Assembly: GCA_015490555.1 (NCBI GenBank)
Contig: WFXO01000033.1
Location: forward strand, 898-64,897
Direction: 5' to 3'
DNA length: 64,000 nucleotides
Source of the DNA: a candidate division WOR-3 bacterium
Lineage (GTDB): Bacteria; Hydrothermota; Hydrothermia; WGAB01
Positions 17,425-26,282 of the stretch are shown here, piece after piece (position 1 is the stretch's first letter; each line of letters opens with the position of its first letter). Both the position numbers and the translations under genes were made by a program. The notes beneath the pieces were generated by a model. The model searched no databases. It was not told the DNA's origin and saw only the letters and a list, made by a program, of their open reading frames with translations.

Positions 17425-18534
17425 ATGGCTGAGAAGAAGATCCGAGTGGCGATTATTGGCGTAGGGAACTGCGCTTCGAGTCTTGTTCAAGGGGTTTATT
17501 TTTACCGAAACGCCAAAGAAGATGAACAAATCCCCGGGATCATGCACGTCGTCTTAGGCGGCTACCACATCCGGGACATCGAATTCGTGGCGGGGATCGA
17601 CATTGATCGCCGGAAGGTGGGTAAGGACCTGTCCGAGGCAATTTTTGCCCCACCCAACAACACTTATAAGTTCACAGATGTCCCAAAACTCGGTGCGAAG
17701 GTCTATCGGGGGATGACCCACGATGGAATTGGGAAATATCTGGAAGGGGTCATCGAAAAGGCCCCGGGCCCAACAGAGGACATTGCCCGAATTTTGAAAG
17801 ATGAAGGGGTCGACGTCGTCGTGAACTTTCTCCCGGTCGGGAGTGAAGAGGCGACGAAGTGGTATGTGGAACAGGTCTTACAGGCAGGAGCGGCCTTTGT
17901 GAATGGAATCCCTGTGTTCATCGCCACCTCGCCCTATTGGTCTAAACGATTCATTGATGCGGGGCTCCCTCTCCTTGGGGATGATATCAAGAGTCAGGTG
18001 GGGGCCACAATCCTCCATCGAACCTTGGCGCAACTCTTCATCGACCGTGGGGTCCGCTTAGACCGGACCTATCAGATCAACTTCGGCGGGAACACGGACT
18101 TCCTGAACATGCTCGAGCGGGAACGTCTGAAGTCCAAGAAAATTTCAAAGACTCAAGCGGTGACTTCTTTGTTGCCGTATGACCTTGGGGAAGAAAATGT
18201 CCATGTCGGCCCCTCCGACTATATCCCGTGGCTGAAAGACCGGAAATGGTGCTATATCCGAATGGAAGGCACCACATTTGGGAATGTCCCGTTGAATGTG
18301 GAAGTCAAACTGGAAGTCTGGGATTCCCCAAACTCTGCAGGGGTCATGATTGACGCGATCCGCTGCGCAAAGATTGCGAAAGATCGGGGCTTGGCCGGCC
18401 CAATCATCGAACCTTCCGCCTACTTCTTTAAATCCCCACCCAAGCAGATCCCAGACTTCCAGGCCCGCGAACTGTTAGAAGCATGGATTCGGGGCGAAGG
18501 CCAGAAGGCCACAGCCAAAAAGAAAAAATCATAG
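17425..18534 (+). CDS. ino1: myo-Inositol-1-phosphate (inositol-3-phosphate) synthase, archaeal/bacterial short type
   Basis: N-terminal NAD Rossmann [18 protein letters not shown], the central LLGDD and INFGGNTDF blocks, and a length (369 aa) matching COG1260 MIPS. Strong AAGGAGGAAAC ribosome-binding site. Confidence 0.7.
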   Translation: MAEKKIRVAIIGVGNCASSLVQGVYFYRNAKEDEQIPGIMHVVLGGYHIRDIEFVAGIDIDRRKVGKDLSEAIFAPPNNTYKFTDVPKLGAKVYRGMTHDGIGKYLEGVIEKAPGPTEDIARILKDEGVDVVVNFLPVGSEEATKWYVEQVLQAGAAFVNGIPVFIATSPYWSKRFIDAGLPLLGDDIKSQVGATILHRTLAQLFIDRGVRLDRTYQINFGGNTDFLNMLERERLKSKKISKTQAVTSLLPYDLGEENVHVGPSDYIPWLKDRKWCYIRMEGTTFGNVPLNVEVKLEVWDSPNSAGVMIDAIRCAKIAKDRGLAGPIIEPSAYFFKSPPKQIPDFQARELLEAWIRGEGQKATAKKKKS

Positions 18535-18540
18535 CCCCGA

Positions 18541-19197
18541 ATGGCCCGATGGGGGTTCTTCATCACCTTTGAAGGGATCGAGGGGAGCGGGAAGTCTACT
18601 TTAGCCCACTTCTTGAAAGACCGGTTGGAAGCCCTCGGGTTCGAGGTCGTGATGACCCGCGAACCCGGGGGCACCCCTGTAGGTGAACGGATCCGGGAGA
18701 TTCTCCTGACCCCGGGCCTTTCCATCGAACCCTGGTCAGAAGTCTTTCTTCTCCTTGCCGCTCGTTATGAAAATACCCGGACCGTGATTCTCCCCGCACT
18801 CCAAAACGGAAAAATTGTCCTTTGTGACCGATACGACGACTCGACCATGGCTTATCAGGGGTTTGGCCGGGGCTTGCCCCTTCGCCTCCTTTCCCGAATC
18901 AATAAGTTTGCGACCTTGGGGATCAAGCCAAATCTTACGTTTCTTTTAGACCTCCCTCCGTTGTCTGGACTCCAACGAAAATCCATAGATGAGCGGACAC
19001 GTTTCGAAGAAGAGCAGGTCCTTTTCCATGAACGGATCCGGGAAGGCTACCTAAAATTAGCCCGACGGGCTCGAAAACGATTTGTCGTTCTCGATGCCCA
19101 GAAAGCACCAGAAGAGTTGGCAGATCAAGCCTTCCTGATCACCCTCCAGCGTCTGAAAGAAAAAGGCAAATATCGGGGGGAGATTCCTCCTCCTTAA
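18541..19197 (+). CDS. tmk: Thymidylate kinase
   Basis: FITFEGIEGSGKST P-loop, DRY motif, and LID region. Confidence 0.85.
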   Translation: MARWGFFITFEGIEGSGKSTLAHFLKDRLEALGFEVVMTREPGGTPVGERIREILLTPGLSIEPWSEVFLLLAARYENTRTVILPALQNGKIVLCDRYDDSTMAYQGFGRGLPLRLLSRINKFATLGIKPNLTFLLDLPPLSGLQRKSIDERTRFEEEQVLFHERIREGYLKLARRARKRFVVLDAQKAPEELADQAFLITLQRLKEKGKYRGEIPPP

Positions 19198-19217
19198 GAC
19201 TGCGCAAATGATCTGGA

Positions 19218-22200
19218 GTGTCTACCATGGGGATGATGAATGCATGGATGCTTTTATGGATAGGGATGCTGAATGTCAGTCAACCGCAGACTTTCTGGGT
19301 TGCTGCGGCATCCCGGAGTGAGATCCACGTCCAGATCCTCTCGGGCGCTGCAGATGTTCAAATTGAAGGACCGTTTTTTATGCGGCATCTACCCCTTTTC
19401 CAAGTGCACCTCCAAGGGCACGGAACCGTTGAACTCCAAGTTCCCAATCCCTTTGTGGTTCATCCCGGGAAATACTTTTCGGCAGAATTTGCGCAACTTT
19501 ACCGCCTGTTGGTGGTCAATCATGTGGAAGTCATACCACCCTCGAGTTCTCCAAGGGGGGACCCACGGACCCAGGGTGCTCGGGTGTTAGTGATTACCCC
19601 CTCCTCGTTCGTGGATAGTCTTGGCCGATGGCTTGAGTGGAAGAATCTTCGGGGTGTCTCCACAGTTGTTGCAACCCTAGAAGAGACAGGGACCAGTTTT
19701 TCCTCCATCCATGCCTTCATCCAAAATGCATATAACACCTGGGATGTGCCTCCCGAATACGTGGTTTTAGTGGGAGACGAATCCTGGATCCCCCCGGTGA
19801 TCGTCTATGACAGTCTGGGCTGCGGAGGGTATTTCCCCATTGACAACCCCTATGCTCAACTCGACGGGGAAGACTACTTGGCAGATGTGATGTTGGGACG
19901 GATTTCTGTACGGAACCTCAACGAACTGCGGCGCGTTCTTCACAAAATTTTGGTCTATGAACGCACCCCAGATACCACAAGCCCCTGGCTCACTCAGGCC
20001 GTTTTGTTCTCCGGAGACATCTTTGAACGTGATTCTATGTACTCTATGGCAAAAGATTCTACTCGGATGGTTTTAGAGACGTTGGGCTTCACGCAAATTG
20101 ATGCCTTTTATCTCACAGATTCCGGCCCCATGTATAGTTCTTCGCATGTCTTAAATGCGTTAGCGGAGGGTCGTGGATTTTTAAACTATCGTGGCAACGC
20201 GTTTGGAGAACTTTTCCCGCCCTGGGATACCGTGGATGCCTCCCATGCCCTGACCGGTCAACATTTTCCGATTGTTGTGATTCCTACGTGTGACATGGGG
20301 AATTTTACCCTCACAAATCAGGACTACGGGGAAGTATGGCTCACGACATACCAACCTGAACAGGGGCTTGGAGGTGCGGTTGCTTATGTCTCAACCTCGG
20401 GTTGTGTGTTCGGTATGGAAGGCGATCCGTATTTCCACACATACCGACGCAATGCATTGGATGTTGGATTTTTCCGGGGCCTCTTGGATCTCCCTTCTCC
20501 CTCCCTGGGCTATCTATTGGAAGCCGGGCGAATGCACCTTTTAAGCCTCTTTCCTACTCCAGAATTCTGGGCACAATACCACTATGAAGAGTTCTTGATC
20601 TTAGGAGATCCCGAACTCCGGCCCTGGAAACACACTCCTCGACCTGTGGAGGTCACGTATCCTTCCCATTCTTCATCGGGGACATTTCCTGTGACGGTAA
20701 CTCGCCAAGGCGTTCCTGTATCCAATGCGTATGTGACCTTTTTCAACAACGGACAATTTGTACAGGACACCACAGATGAAACCGGCAGCGCCGTGCTTTC
20801 TGTCCCCACCCACGGAATATATACCGTAACCGTCACCGGTGATGGAATATATCCCTACCAAGGGTTGGCCTTTTTTGGCCCGGACAGCATTCCCGAAATT
20901 GTGGTCCTCCAGGAGGAAATAGTCGATAGAATCGAGGGAAACGGGAATGGGACTCCCAACCCCGCTGAGACGCTTCATGTCATCGTGCAACTGGCGAACT
21001 TAGGGGGTGAACCCGCCAACGATGTGACACTCACACTTCACATGCTCTCCCCCTATTTGAGTCCTGTGGATACACTGTCCATCATTCCTGAGGTTCAACC
21101 CGGGGAAGTCATTCTTGACAGTTCTCTTTCCTTCTACCTTCTCCCGGAGATTCCCACAAATAACCCCCAGCAACTCCTTTTGACCATCACACAAGGCCAA
21201 CAAACCTTCGTGGATACCTTGACGATCATCCCACAAGATTTCCGACTCGAAATTTCTGGGAATTTCTTCCTCTCTTCCTCCAACCCTGAAGACAGTATTC
21301 CCATGCCGGGAGATACAGGACCTCTCGTGCTCGGATTCTGGAATCGGGAGCCTTTCCCTCTTCAGGCCGTGACGATGAACTTGAGGGTCTACCGTCCGGG
21401 GATCAGTGTGCTAGATTCCATTACACAGATCCAGACGGTGTCCCCAGGTGAGATTACCTGGAACATAGACGATCCCTTTGAGATCTCTGTTGACCCTTTG
21501 GTGCTGGAAGGAACTTGGGTGGCTTGCACCGTCACGGTCCACTTTCCAGATGGTTACACCCTCCCCCTCGGGTTCCAAATGATGGTGGGGAATGTGGATT
21601 ACATAGTCCTCCCGGTTGCACCTGAATCCCCCAGTCCGCCTGTCCTGGATTCGATACTTTCCGACCTGGGCTATCGTGGCCAAATCCTCAATGACCTCAG
21701 TCTGTTTCCCTGGGTGTACCGGAACACAGAGGCTGTATTCCTCTGTGCGGGCGTTTCTTCTTACAACCAAGAAATCTCCAAGGGTCTTTTTGCAGACGCT
21801 TTAGAGCGTGCCCTCCGTCGGGGGGCCATGTTTTACCTGGAAGGCGACCATATCCTCTTTCAGAAGGACACGATCCCCTTCCTTTCCATGTTTCCTCTGC
21901 GATACGAGAACTGGGTCACCGTAGAAACCCTGGACTCTCTGAAGACATCCTCTTGGAGCCCCTGCCCCGGTCTGACCTTCTCGTATGATACCACCGGGAT
22001 TAGTTCCTATACGAAGGTTCTCGCAGATGGGAGCGGTGGGATTGTCGCGATGTTTGTGTATGTTCATCAAAGTGGCGGGTCAACTGGGAGTTTCCCTGCG
22101 GCCTATACCGTGAATCTGGACTCCGTTCATGGTTACGTAACCCCCTATGAATTCGGACGCCTGATAGAGCAGACTCCCCAAGGCAAAGCTCTTTTCTTGG

Positions 22201-22496
22201 ATTCCCTGATGCACTATTTCGGCGTCCAACCCGCGGTGGAAGAGCAGTCGATGCGAAAGCCTCTCCTCCAGATCAAAGTCTTCCCGAATCCAGCCTCCCA
22301 AAGACTCGTCCTCCAGATTCCGACCCCCTATCGCCTCACCCTCTACGATCTTGCTGGTCGCCAGAGACTGGTTGTAAAAGGGCGAGGAAGCACTTCCCCG
22401 CAGGTGATCCCCCTTCACCTACCCTCCGGGACGTATTTTCTAAGGATTGAGAGTCAAGGGCGGACCGTCCTGAGGAAACAAGTGATTTTTCACTGA
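19218..22496 (+). CDS. Large secreted gingipain-like (peptidase C25 family) protein with T9SS C-terminal sorting domain
   Basis: 1092 aa. The N-terminal third resembles the gingipain catalytic domain (VLVITPSSF..., YVVLVGDESWIPP, DNPYAQLDGEDYLADVMLGRISVRN, PTCDMGNF). The C-terminus (KVFPNPASQRLVLQIPTPYRLTLYDLAGRQ...GTYFLRIESQGR) matches the Por secretion C-terminal domain. Confidence 0.7.
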   Translation: MSTMGMMNAWMLLWIGMLNVSQPQTFWVAAASRSEIHVQILSGAADVQIEGPFFMRHLPLFQVHLQGHGTVELQVPNPFVVHPGKYFSAEFAQLYRLLVVNHVEVIPPSSSPRGDPRTQGARVLVITPSSFVDSLGRWLEWKNLRGVSTVVATLEETGTSFSSIHAFIQNAYNTWDVPPEYVVLVGDESWIPPVIVYDSLGCGGYFPIDNPYAQLDGEDYLADVMLGRISVRNLNELRRVLHKILVYERTPDTTSPWLTQAVLFSGDIFERDSMYSMAKDSTRMVLETLGFTQIDAFYLTDSGPMYSSSHVLNALAEGRGFLNYRGNAFGELFPPWDTVDASHALTGQHFPIVVIPTCDMGNFTLTNQDYGEVWLTTYQPEQGLGGAVAYVSTSGCVFGMEGDPYFHTYRRNALDVGFFRGLLDLPSPSLGYLLEAGRMHLLSLFPTPEFWAQYHYEEFLILGDPELRPWKHTPRPVEVTYPSHSSSGTFPVTVTRQGVPVSNAYVTFFNNGQFVQDTTDETGSAVLSVPTHGIYTVTVTGDGIYPYQGLAFFGPDSIPEIVVLQEEIVDRIEGNGNGTPNPAETLHVIVQLANLGGEPANDVTLTLHMLSPYLSPVDTLSIIPEVQPGEVILDSSLSFYLLPEIPTNNPQQLLLTITQGQQTFVDTLTIIPQDFRLEISGNFFLSSSNPEDSIPMPGDTGPLVLGFWNREPFPLQAVTMNLRVYRPGISVLDSITQIQTVSPGEITWNIDDPFEISVDPLVLEGTWVACTVTVHFPDGYTLPLGFQMMVGNVDYIVLPVAPESPSPPVLDSILSDLGYRGQILNDLSLFPWVYRNTEAVFLCAGVSSYNQEISKGLFADALERALRRGAMFYLEGDHILFQKDTIPFLSMFPLRYENWVTVETLDSLKTSSWSPCPGLTFSYDTTGISSYTKVLADGSGGIVAMFVYVHQSGGSTGSFPAAYTVNLDSVHGYVTPYEFGRLIEQTPQGKALFLDSLMHYFGVQPAVEEQSMRKPLLQIKVFPNPASQRLVLQIPTPYRLTLYDLAGRQRLVVKGRGSTSPQVIPLHLPSGTYFLRIESQGRTVLRKQVIFH

Positions 22497-23419
22497 TCGG
22501 ATGGATTCAATGGGACCGTCACCCCCTTCATCCGACAGACCGCACAAACTTCAAGAACCGTAGGCATCCCACAAACCTGGCATTCTTTGAGTTCGACCTG
22601 TTCTTCTTCGGGGACCCGGATTTCCTTCATGAATCGAAGGAACTCTCGATAAAACCGTAACTTGGTCCCTGGGGAGACCTCTTCGATGCGATTGAGGACC
22701 TCTTTGTACAGGATACTTTTCGCCCCTACGGAAAATGGGCACTCCTCCCGGACATAAGGGATTCCGTTGAGGATGGCATACATTGCGGTCTCTTTCTCCG
22801 TAAAGAACACGAAGGGCTTGGCCCGTTTGAGGAGTTTCGGATGGGTTGAAGGGAGCAGGGGAGCCTGCCGACGTAAGTAAGAGAGATCCCACCGCAGGGT
22901 GTTCCCGAACAACGTTGCGACTTCGTCGTCTAAGTTATGGCCGGTTACGACGGTTGTCGCCCCCATCTCGTGCGCGATTTTGTTGAGATAGTACCGCTTG
23001 AGGGTGCCACACACACGGCAGACCCTTGGTTCATAGCGTTTCTCTGCCATCTCGGGGATGGTATACCCCAGATCGTGCTGGATCGTAAAGATCCGGACCT
23101 CCACGCCGTACCTCTCTGCAAACTCCTCAACACGCCGTTTGGACAACTCCGAGTAGCCAAACCCACCATGGATCCCGAGGTCCAGATACAGGCCCCGGAC
23201 GTTGTAGCCGTGTTTGTGGAGGAGGTAGAGGACACCCAGACTGTCTTTGCCGCCGGAAACCGCGACGACCACAGGCTCCTCTTTATCAAACATCTTGAAT
23301 TTCCGGATGGTTCGGAGAGTTTCCCGTTCGAATCGCTCGATAAAATGCTCCTTGCACAACGCCAGGTTGTGCTGGCGAAGGTGAATCACGGCTTTTCCTT
23401 TACAGATCTTGCATTTCAT
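22490..23419 (-). CDS. ttuA: tRNA 2-thiolation protein of the TtuA/Ncs6 family (s2T54-type sulfurtransferase)
   Basis: N-terminal Zn finger CKICKGKA...C, PP-loop SGGKDS, central CRVCGTLKRY, and a C-terminal CQVCG...CAVCRM cluster. Collinear with Thermus TtuA. Confidence 0.8.
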   Translation of the reverse strand: MKCKICKGKAVIHLRQHNLALCKEHFIERFERETLRTIRKFKMFDKEEPVVVAVSGGKDSLGVLYLLHKHGYNVRGLYLDLGIHGGFGYSELSKRRVEEFAERYGVEVRIFTIQHDLGYTIPEMAEKRYEPRVCRVCGTLKRYYLNKIAHEMGATTVVTGHNLDDEVATLFGNTLRWDLSYLRRQAPLLPSTHPKLLKRAKPFVFFTEKETAMYAILNGIPYVREECPFSVGAKSILYKEVLNRIEEVSPGTKLRFYREFLRFMKEIRVPEEEQVELKECQVCGMPTVLEVCAVCRMKGVTVPLNPSDQ

Positions 23420-23507
23420 GGGGCAAAAGGATAACCCGCCCCACTAAAAAAGTCAAAATCCCAAAGGAGTGTTGTGTCCTGATGACTCGGGCTTTACATT
23501 CAGGGGC

Positions 23508-25589
23508 ATGTCCAGCCACCGGCGATTTCTATGGCTTATTCTGCTCCTGGGTCTGTTGTTCACAGACCTGCGGGGGCTGACGTTATATCGTGTTCGGTTT
23601 GAATTTCGTCCCCCGCATCAGGCGCAGACCGTTACTTTAGCCGGCACTTTTAACGAATGGAGCACCACCGCGAACCCGATGCGTCTTGAGGGGGACCGCT
23701 TTGTTACGGAACTCCTGCTTCCTGCCGGTACATATTCCTACAAGTTTGTTGTCAATGGCTCTGAGTGGTATCCAGATCCCAAGAACCCCCAGAAGACGCC
23801 AGATGGCTTCGGGGGATGGAACTCTGTCCTCGAGGTCGGTCCACATCGATTCCCAAGTGTGATCCTTCAGCCAGGAGACGGGAAAATCCTGCAGTCCTTT
23901 ATATCACATGACCCATCCCAGATCCGGGATGTCAATCTCATGGGAGACACCCTCCAAATCCAACTCCACCTCTTGCCGGACGATGTCGATTCCGTACGGC
24001 TCCGAATCCTCTCTCCCAGTCCTCGAACTTTCAGGATGTCCCAACAGGTCCTCAGTTCACTGGAAGCCGTCGCCATAGCGAAATTCCTGATTCCTGCCCC
24101 CCAGTTTACCTATCAGTTCCAACTCTTTGACGGACCCCAGGAGTTCCTGTACCCTCAAAACCCGGTGGTCTGGGATCAATCTCACACCAAAGTCTTTGAG
24201 GTCCCCTCCTGGGTACAGGGCGCGGTCATCTACCAAATTTTCCCCGATCGATTCATGAACGGTGATCCTACGAATGACCCACCCGGGACCCGGCCCTGGC
24301 AATACGAGACCTTGGTTCCTCCCGAAGGCTGGTACGTCTTTTATGGCGGGGACCTCCAGGGCATCATCCAGAAATTGAACTATCTCCAGGACCTCGGGAT
24401 CGAGGCGATCTACCTCAATCCCATCTTTGTCTCTCCCTCCAACCACGGGTACAACATCACCGACTATTTCCATGTCAACCCCCGGCTGGGCGGGGATTCC
24501 GCTTTTGATGCATTGCTCAAAGCCGCCCACGAGAGGGGTATCAAGATCATCCTGGATGGGGTCTTCAACCACTCCTCAGATCAGCATCCTTTCTTTCAAG
24601 ATGTACGAGCCCGGGGACCAGAATCGCCTTATTACACGTGGTACCATATCAAACGCTGGCCCTTCCCGGACCGTTTCGACGGGGAAAAACCCAGTGACTA
24701 CTATGACTGCTGGTGGGGCTTCGGAAGCCTGCCAGAATGGAATTTCCAAAACCCAAAGGTTCAGGAATACCTGCTCCAGGTCGCCGAGTATTGGACCCAG
24801 AAGGGGATCGATGGCTGGCGTCTGGACGTCCCCAACGAGGTTCCCCATTCTTTTTGGAAGACCTTCCGACAGCGGGTTCGGGCTATTAATCCCGAAATTT
24901 ATATCGTGGGGGAAATCTGGGGGGATGGCTCTCCCTGGCTCCAAGGCGATGAATTCGATGCGGTGATGAACTACCCACTTCGCTCCCTGATCCTGGATCT
25001 CTTACAAAACCTACGTTCACCCCTCACTTTCCAACGGGAAGTGACTCGACTCTACCAGAGGTACCTCCCTCAAACCCGAAATGCTCTGTTTAACCTTTTG
25101 GGTTCTCATGACACGCCCCGTGCGCTCCAAATCTTGCAAGGGGACACGGTGCGGTTCCGTGCAGCCGTTTTTTTACAGATGACCCTCCCCGGCGCACAGG
25201 TCATCTATTACGGAGACGAAATCGGCATGCTCGGAGACCAAGATCCAGACTGCCGCCGGGTGTATATCTGGGAGCCGGAGCACCGGGATGAGTCCTTGCG
25301 GGCGTACTATCGGTCCCTCATTCACCTTCGGAAAGCCCATCCTGCTCTCCGGGCTGGTGATCTGACATTCGAGGCACACAACCCGCTGGTGGCGTATCTC
25401 CGCACCCATGCAGAGGAGACGGTCCTTTGCGTCGTCAATCCGACCGCCCAAACCGTCATTGACACGTTTACTATTTCTGAAGCCACGCTTCTTTGGGGGA
25501 AGCCAGAGGTGCTTTCGACAGCCCCTCTTAAGATCCGTCTGGCGCCTTATCAAGCCGCGGTATTTCTTGTCCCGTTCTCGGGTCCTTAG
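23508..25589 (+). CDS. Secreted GH13 alpha-glucan hydrolase (neopullulanase/cyclomaltodextrinase-like) with N-terminal E-set/CBM48 domain
   Basis: GH13 conserved regions (YQIFPDRF, GGDLQGI, DGVFNHSS, GWRLDV, EIWG, LLGSHD). Signal peptide MSSHRRFLWLILLLGLL. The ORF track starts 39 nt earlier at 23469. Confidence 0.85.
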   Translation: MSSHRRFLWLILLLGLLFTDLRGLTLYRVRFEFRPPHQAQTVTLAGTFNEWSTTANPMRLEGDRFVTELLLPAGTYSYKFVVNGSEWYPDPKNPQKTPDGFGGWNSVLEVGPHRFPSVILQPGDGKILQSFISHDPSQIRDVNLMGDTLQIQLHLLPDDVDSVRLRILSPSPRTFRMSQQVLSSLEAVAIAKFLIPAPQFTYQFQLFDGPQEFLYPQNPVVWDQSHTKVFEVPSWVQGAVIYQIFPDRFMNGDPTNDPPGTRPWQYETLVPPEGWYVFYGGDLQGIIQKLNYLQDLGIEAIYLNPIFVSPSNHGYNITDYFHVNPRLGGDSAFDALLKAAHERGIKIILDGVFNHSSDQHPFFQDVRARGPESPYYTWYHIKRWPFPDRFDGEKPSDYYDCWWGFGSLPEWNFQNPKVQEYLLQVAEYWTQKGIDGWRLDVPNEVPHSFWKTFRQRVRAINPEIYIVGEIWGDGSPWLQGDEFDAVMNYPLRSLILDLLQNLRSPLTFQREVTRLYQRYLPQTRNALFNLLGSHDTPRALQILQGDTVRFRAAVFLQMTLPGAQVIYYGDEIGMLGDQDPDCRRVYIWEPEHRDESLRAYYRSLIHLRKAHPALRAGDLTFEAHNPLVAYLRTHAEETVLCVVNPTAQTVIDTFTISEATLLWGKPEVLSTAPLKIRLAPYQAAVFLVPFSGP

Positions 25590-25870
25590 TTTTGGCTCTT
25601 GCGCATTAGATCCGGCTGTTTGTGGGGCTCTCTTTTGGTCCGGGCAAAAGCACTTCCCACCGCTTGTCCCAGAAAATAGGCAGCGACGAGGAGTGGGAAA
25701 ATTCGCAATGTCCAGTGAATCCCTAAGAGGATTCGGATCCCTGCGACAAAGGGGACCGGAATGTGGATCGCAAGGAACCATGGGAGCGAACGGCGAGGCA
25801 CCCGTGCCCGCCAATAACCGAAGGGGAGATTGATTGCAAAAATCGCCGAACTCAAGAGTGCCAACTTCAC
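25586..25870 (-). CDS. Small hypothetical membrane protein (about 3 transmembrane helices)
   Basis: 94 aa with three hydrophobic stretches. Lies downstream of acpS on the same strand. Its only competitors are long ORFs antisense to the amylase gene. Confidence 0.35.
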   Translation of the reverse strand: MKLALLSSAIFAINLPFGYWRARVPRRSLPWFLAIHIPVPFVAGIRILLGIHWTLRIFPLLVAAYFLGQAVGSAFARTKREPHKQPDLMRKSQN

Positions 25871-25901
25871 TGGGGCCCACTCCGTTCAATTCATGTCCCG
25901 T

Positions 25902-26267
25902 TTACGAGTACACGATACACACCGCGATCGCTGTGCCGTGTTCTTCATGGGTTAAATTGAGGGTCACCTTTCGTTGGCCCAGAATCTTCTGCACCCTGCC
26001 AGTGACCCGATAATAGGGGGGATGCCCCGGGGTCCGGAGAACCTCAATTTCTTTCATCGTGATCCCATGGGTCAGTCCCACGCCCAGGGCCTTGAGGAGT
26101 GCCTCCTTTGCTGCAAATCGGGCCGCATAGCATCCCATCTTGTTCCGGAACCCTTCACAGTATCGAATTTCAGCATCGGTGAAAACCCTTTGGAGGAATC
26201 GATTGCCGTGTTTTTCAATCGCTTTGCGAATGCGAGAAACCGTGACGACGTCGATCCCGATCTGCAT
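25902..26267 (-). CDS. acpS: Holo-[acyl-carrier-protein] synthase
   Basis: MQIGIDVV...R (the D-x-E catalytic region), FT..E..Y, AARFAAKEA..KALG. 121 aa. Confidence 0.85.
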   Translation of the reverse strand: MQIGIDVVTVSRIRKAIEKHGNRFLQRVFTDAEIRYCEGFRNKMGCYAARFAAKEALLKALGVGLTHGITMKEIEVLRTPGHPPYYRVTGRVQKILGQRKVTLNLTHEEHGTAIAVCIVYS

Positions 26268-26282
26268 CCCTCACGTCCTCCC

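Noticed and set aside
16836-18534. Alternative reading of the inositol pair as a di-myo-inositol-phosphate (DIP) osmolyte pathway
   Set aside because: DIP synthesis needs an inositol-1-phosphate cytidylyltransferase domain, fused or adjacent. None is present. The lipid-synthase interpretation is kept, but the alternative is noted in the finding.
25173-25889. 238-aa ORF on the minus strand spanning the amylase 3' end and the small membrane-protein gene
   Set aside because: It overlaps the GH13 C-terminus in antisense. Its composition is junk-like. The shorter 25586-25870 ORF was kept instead, at low confidence.
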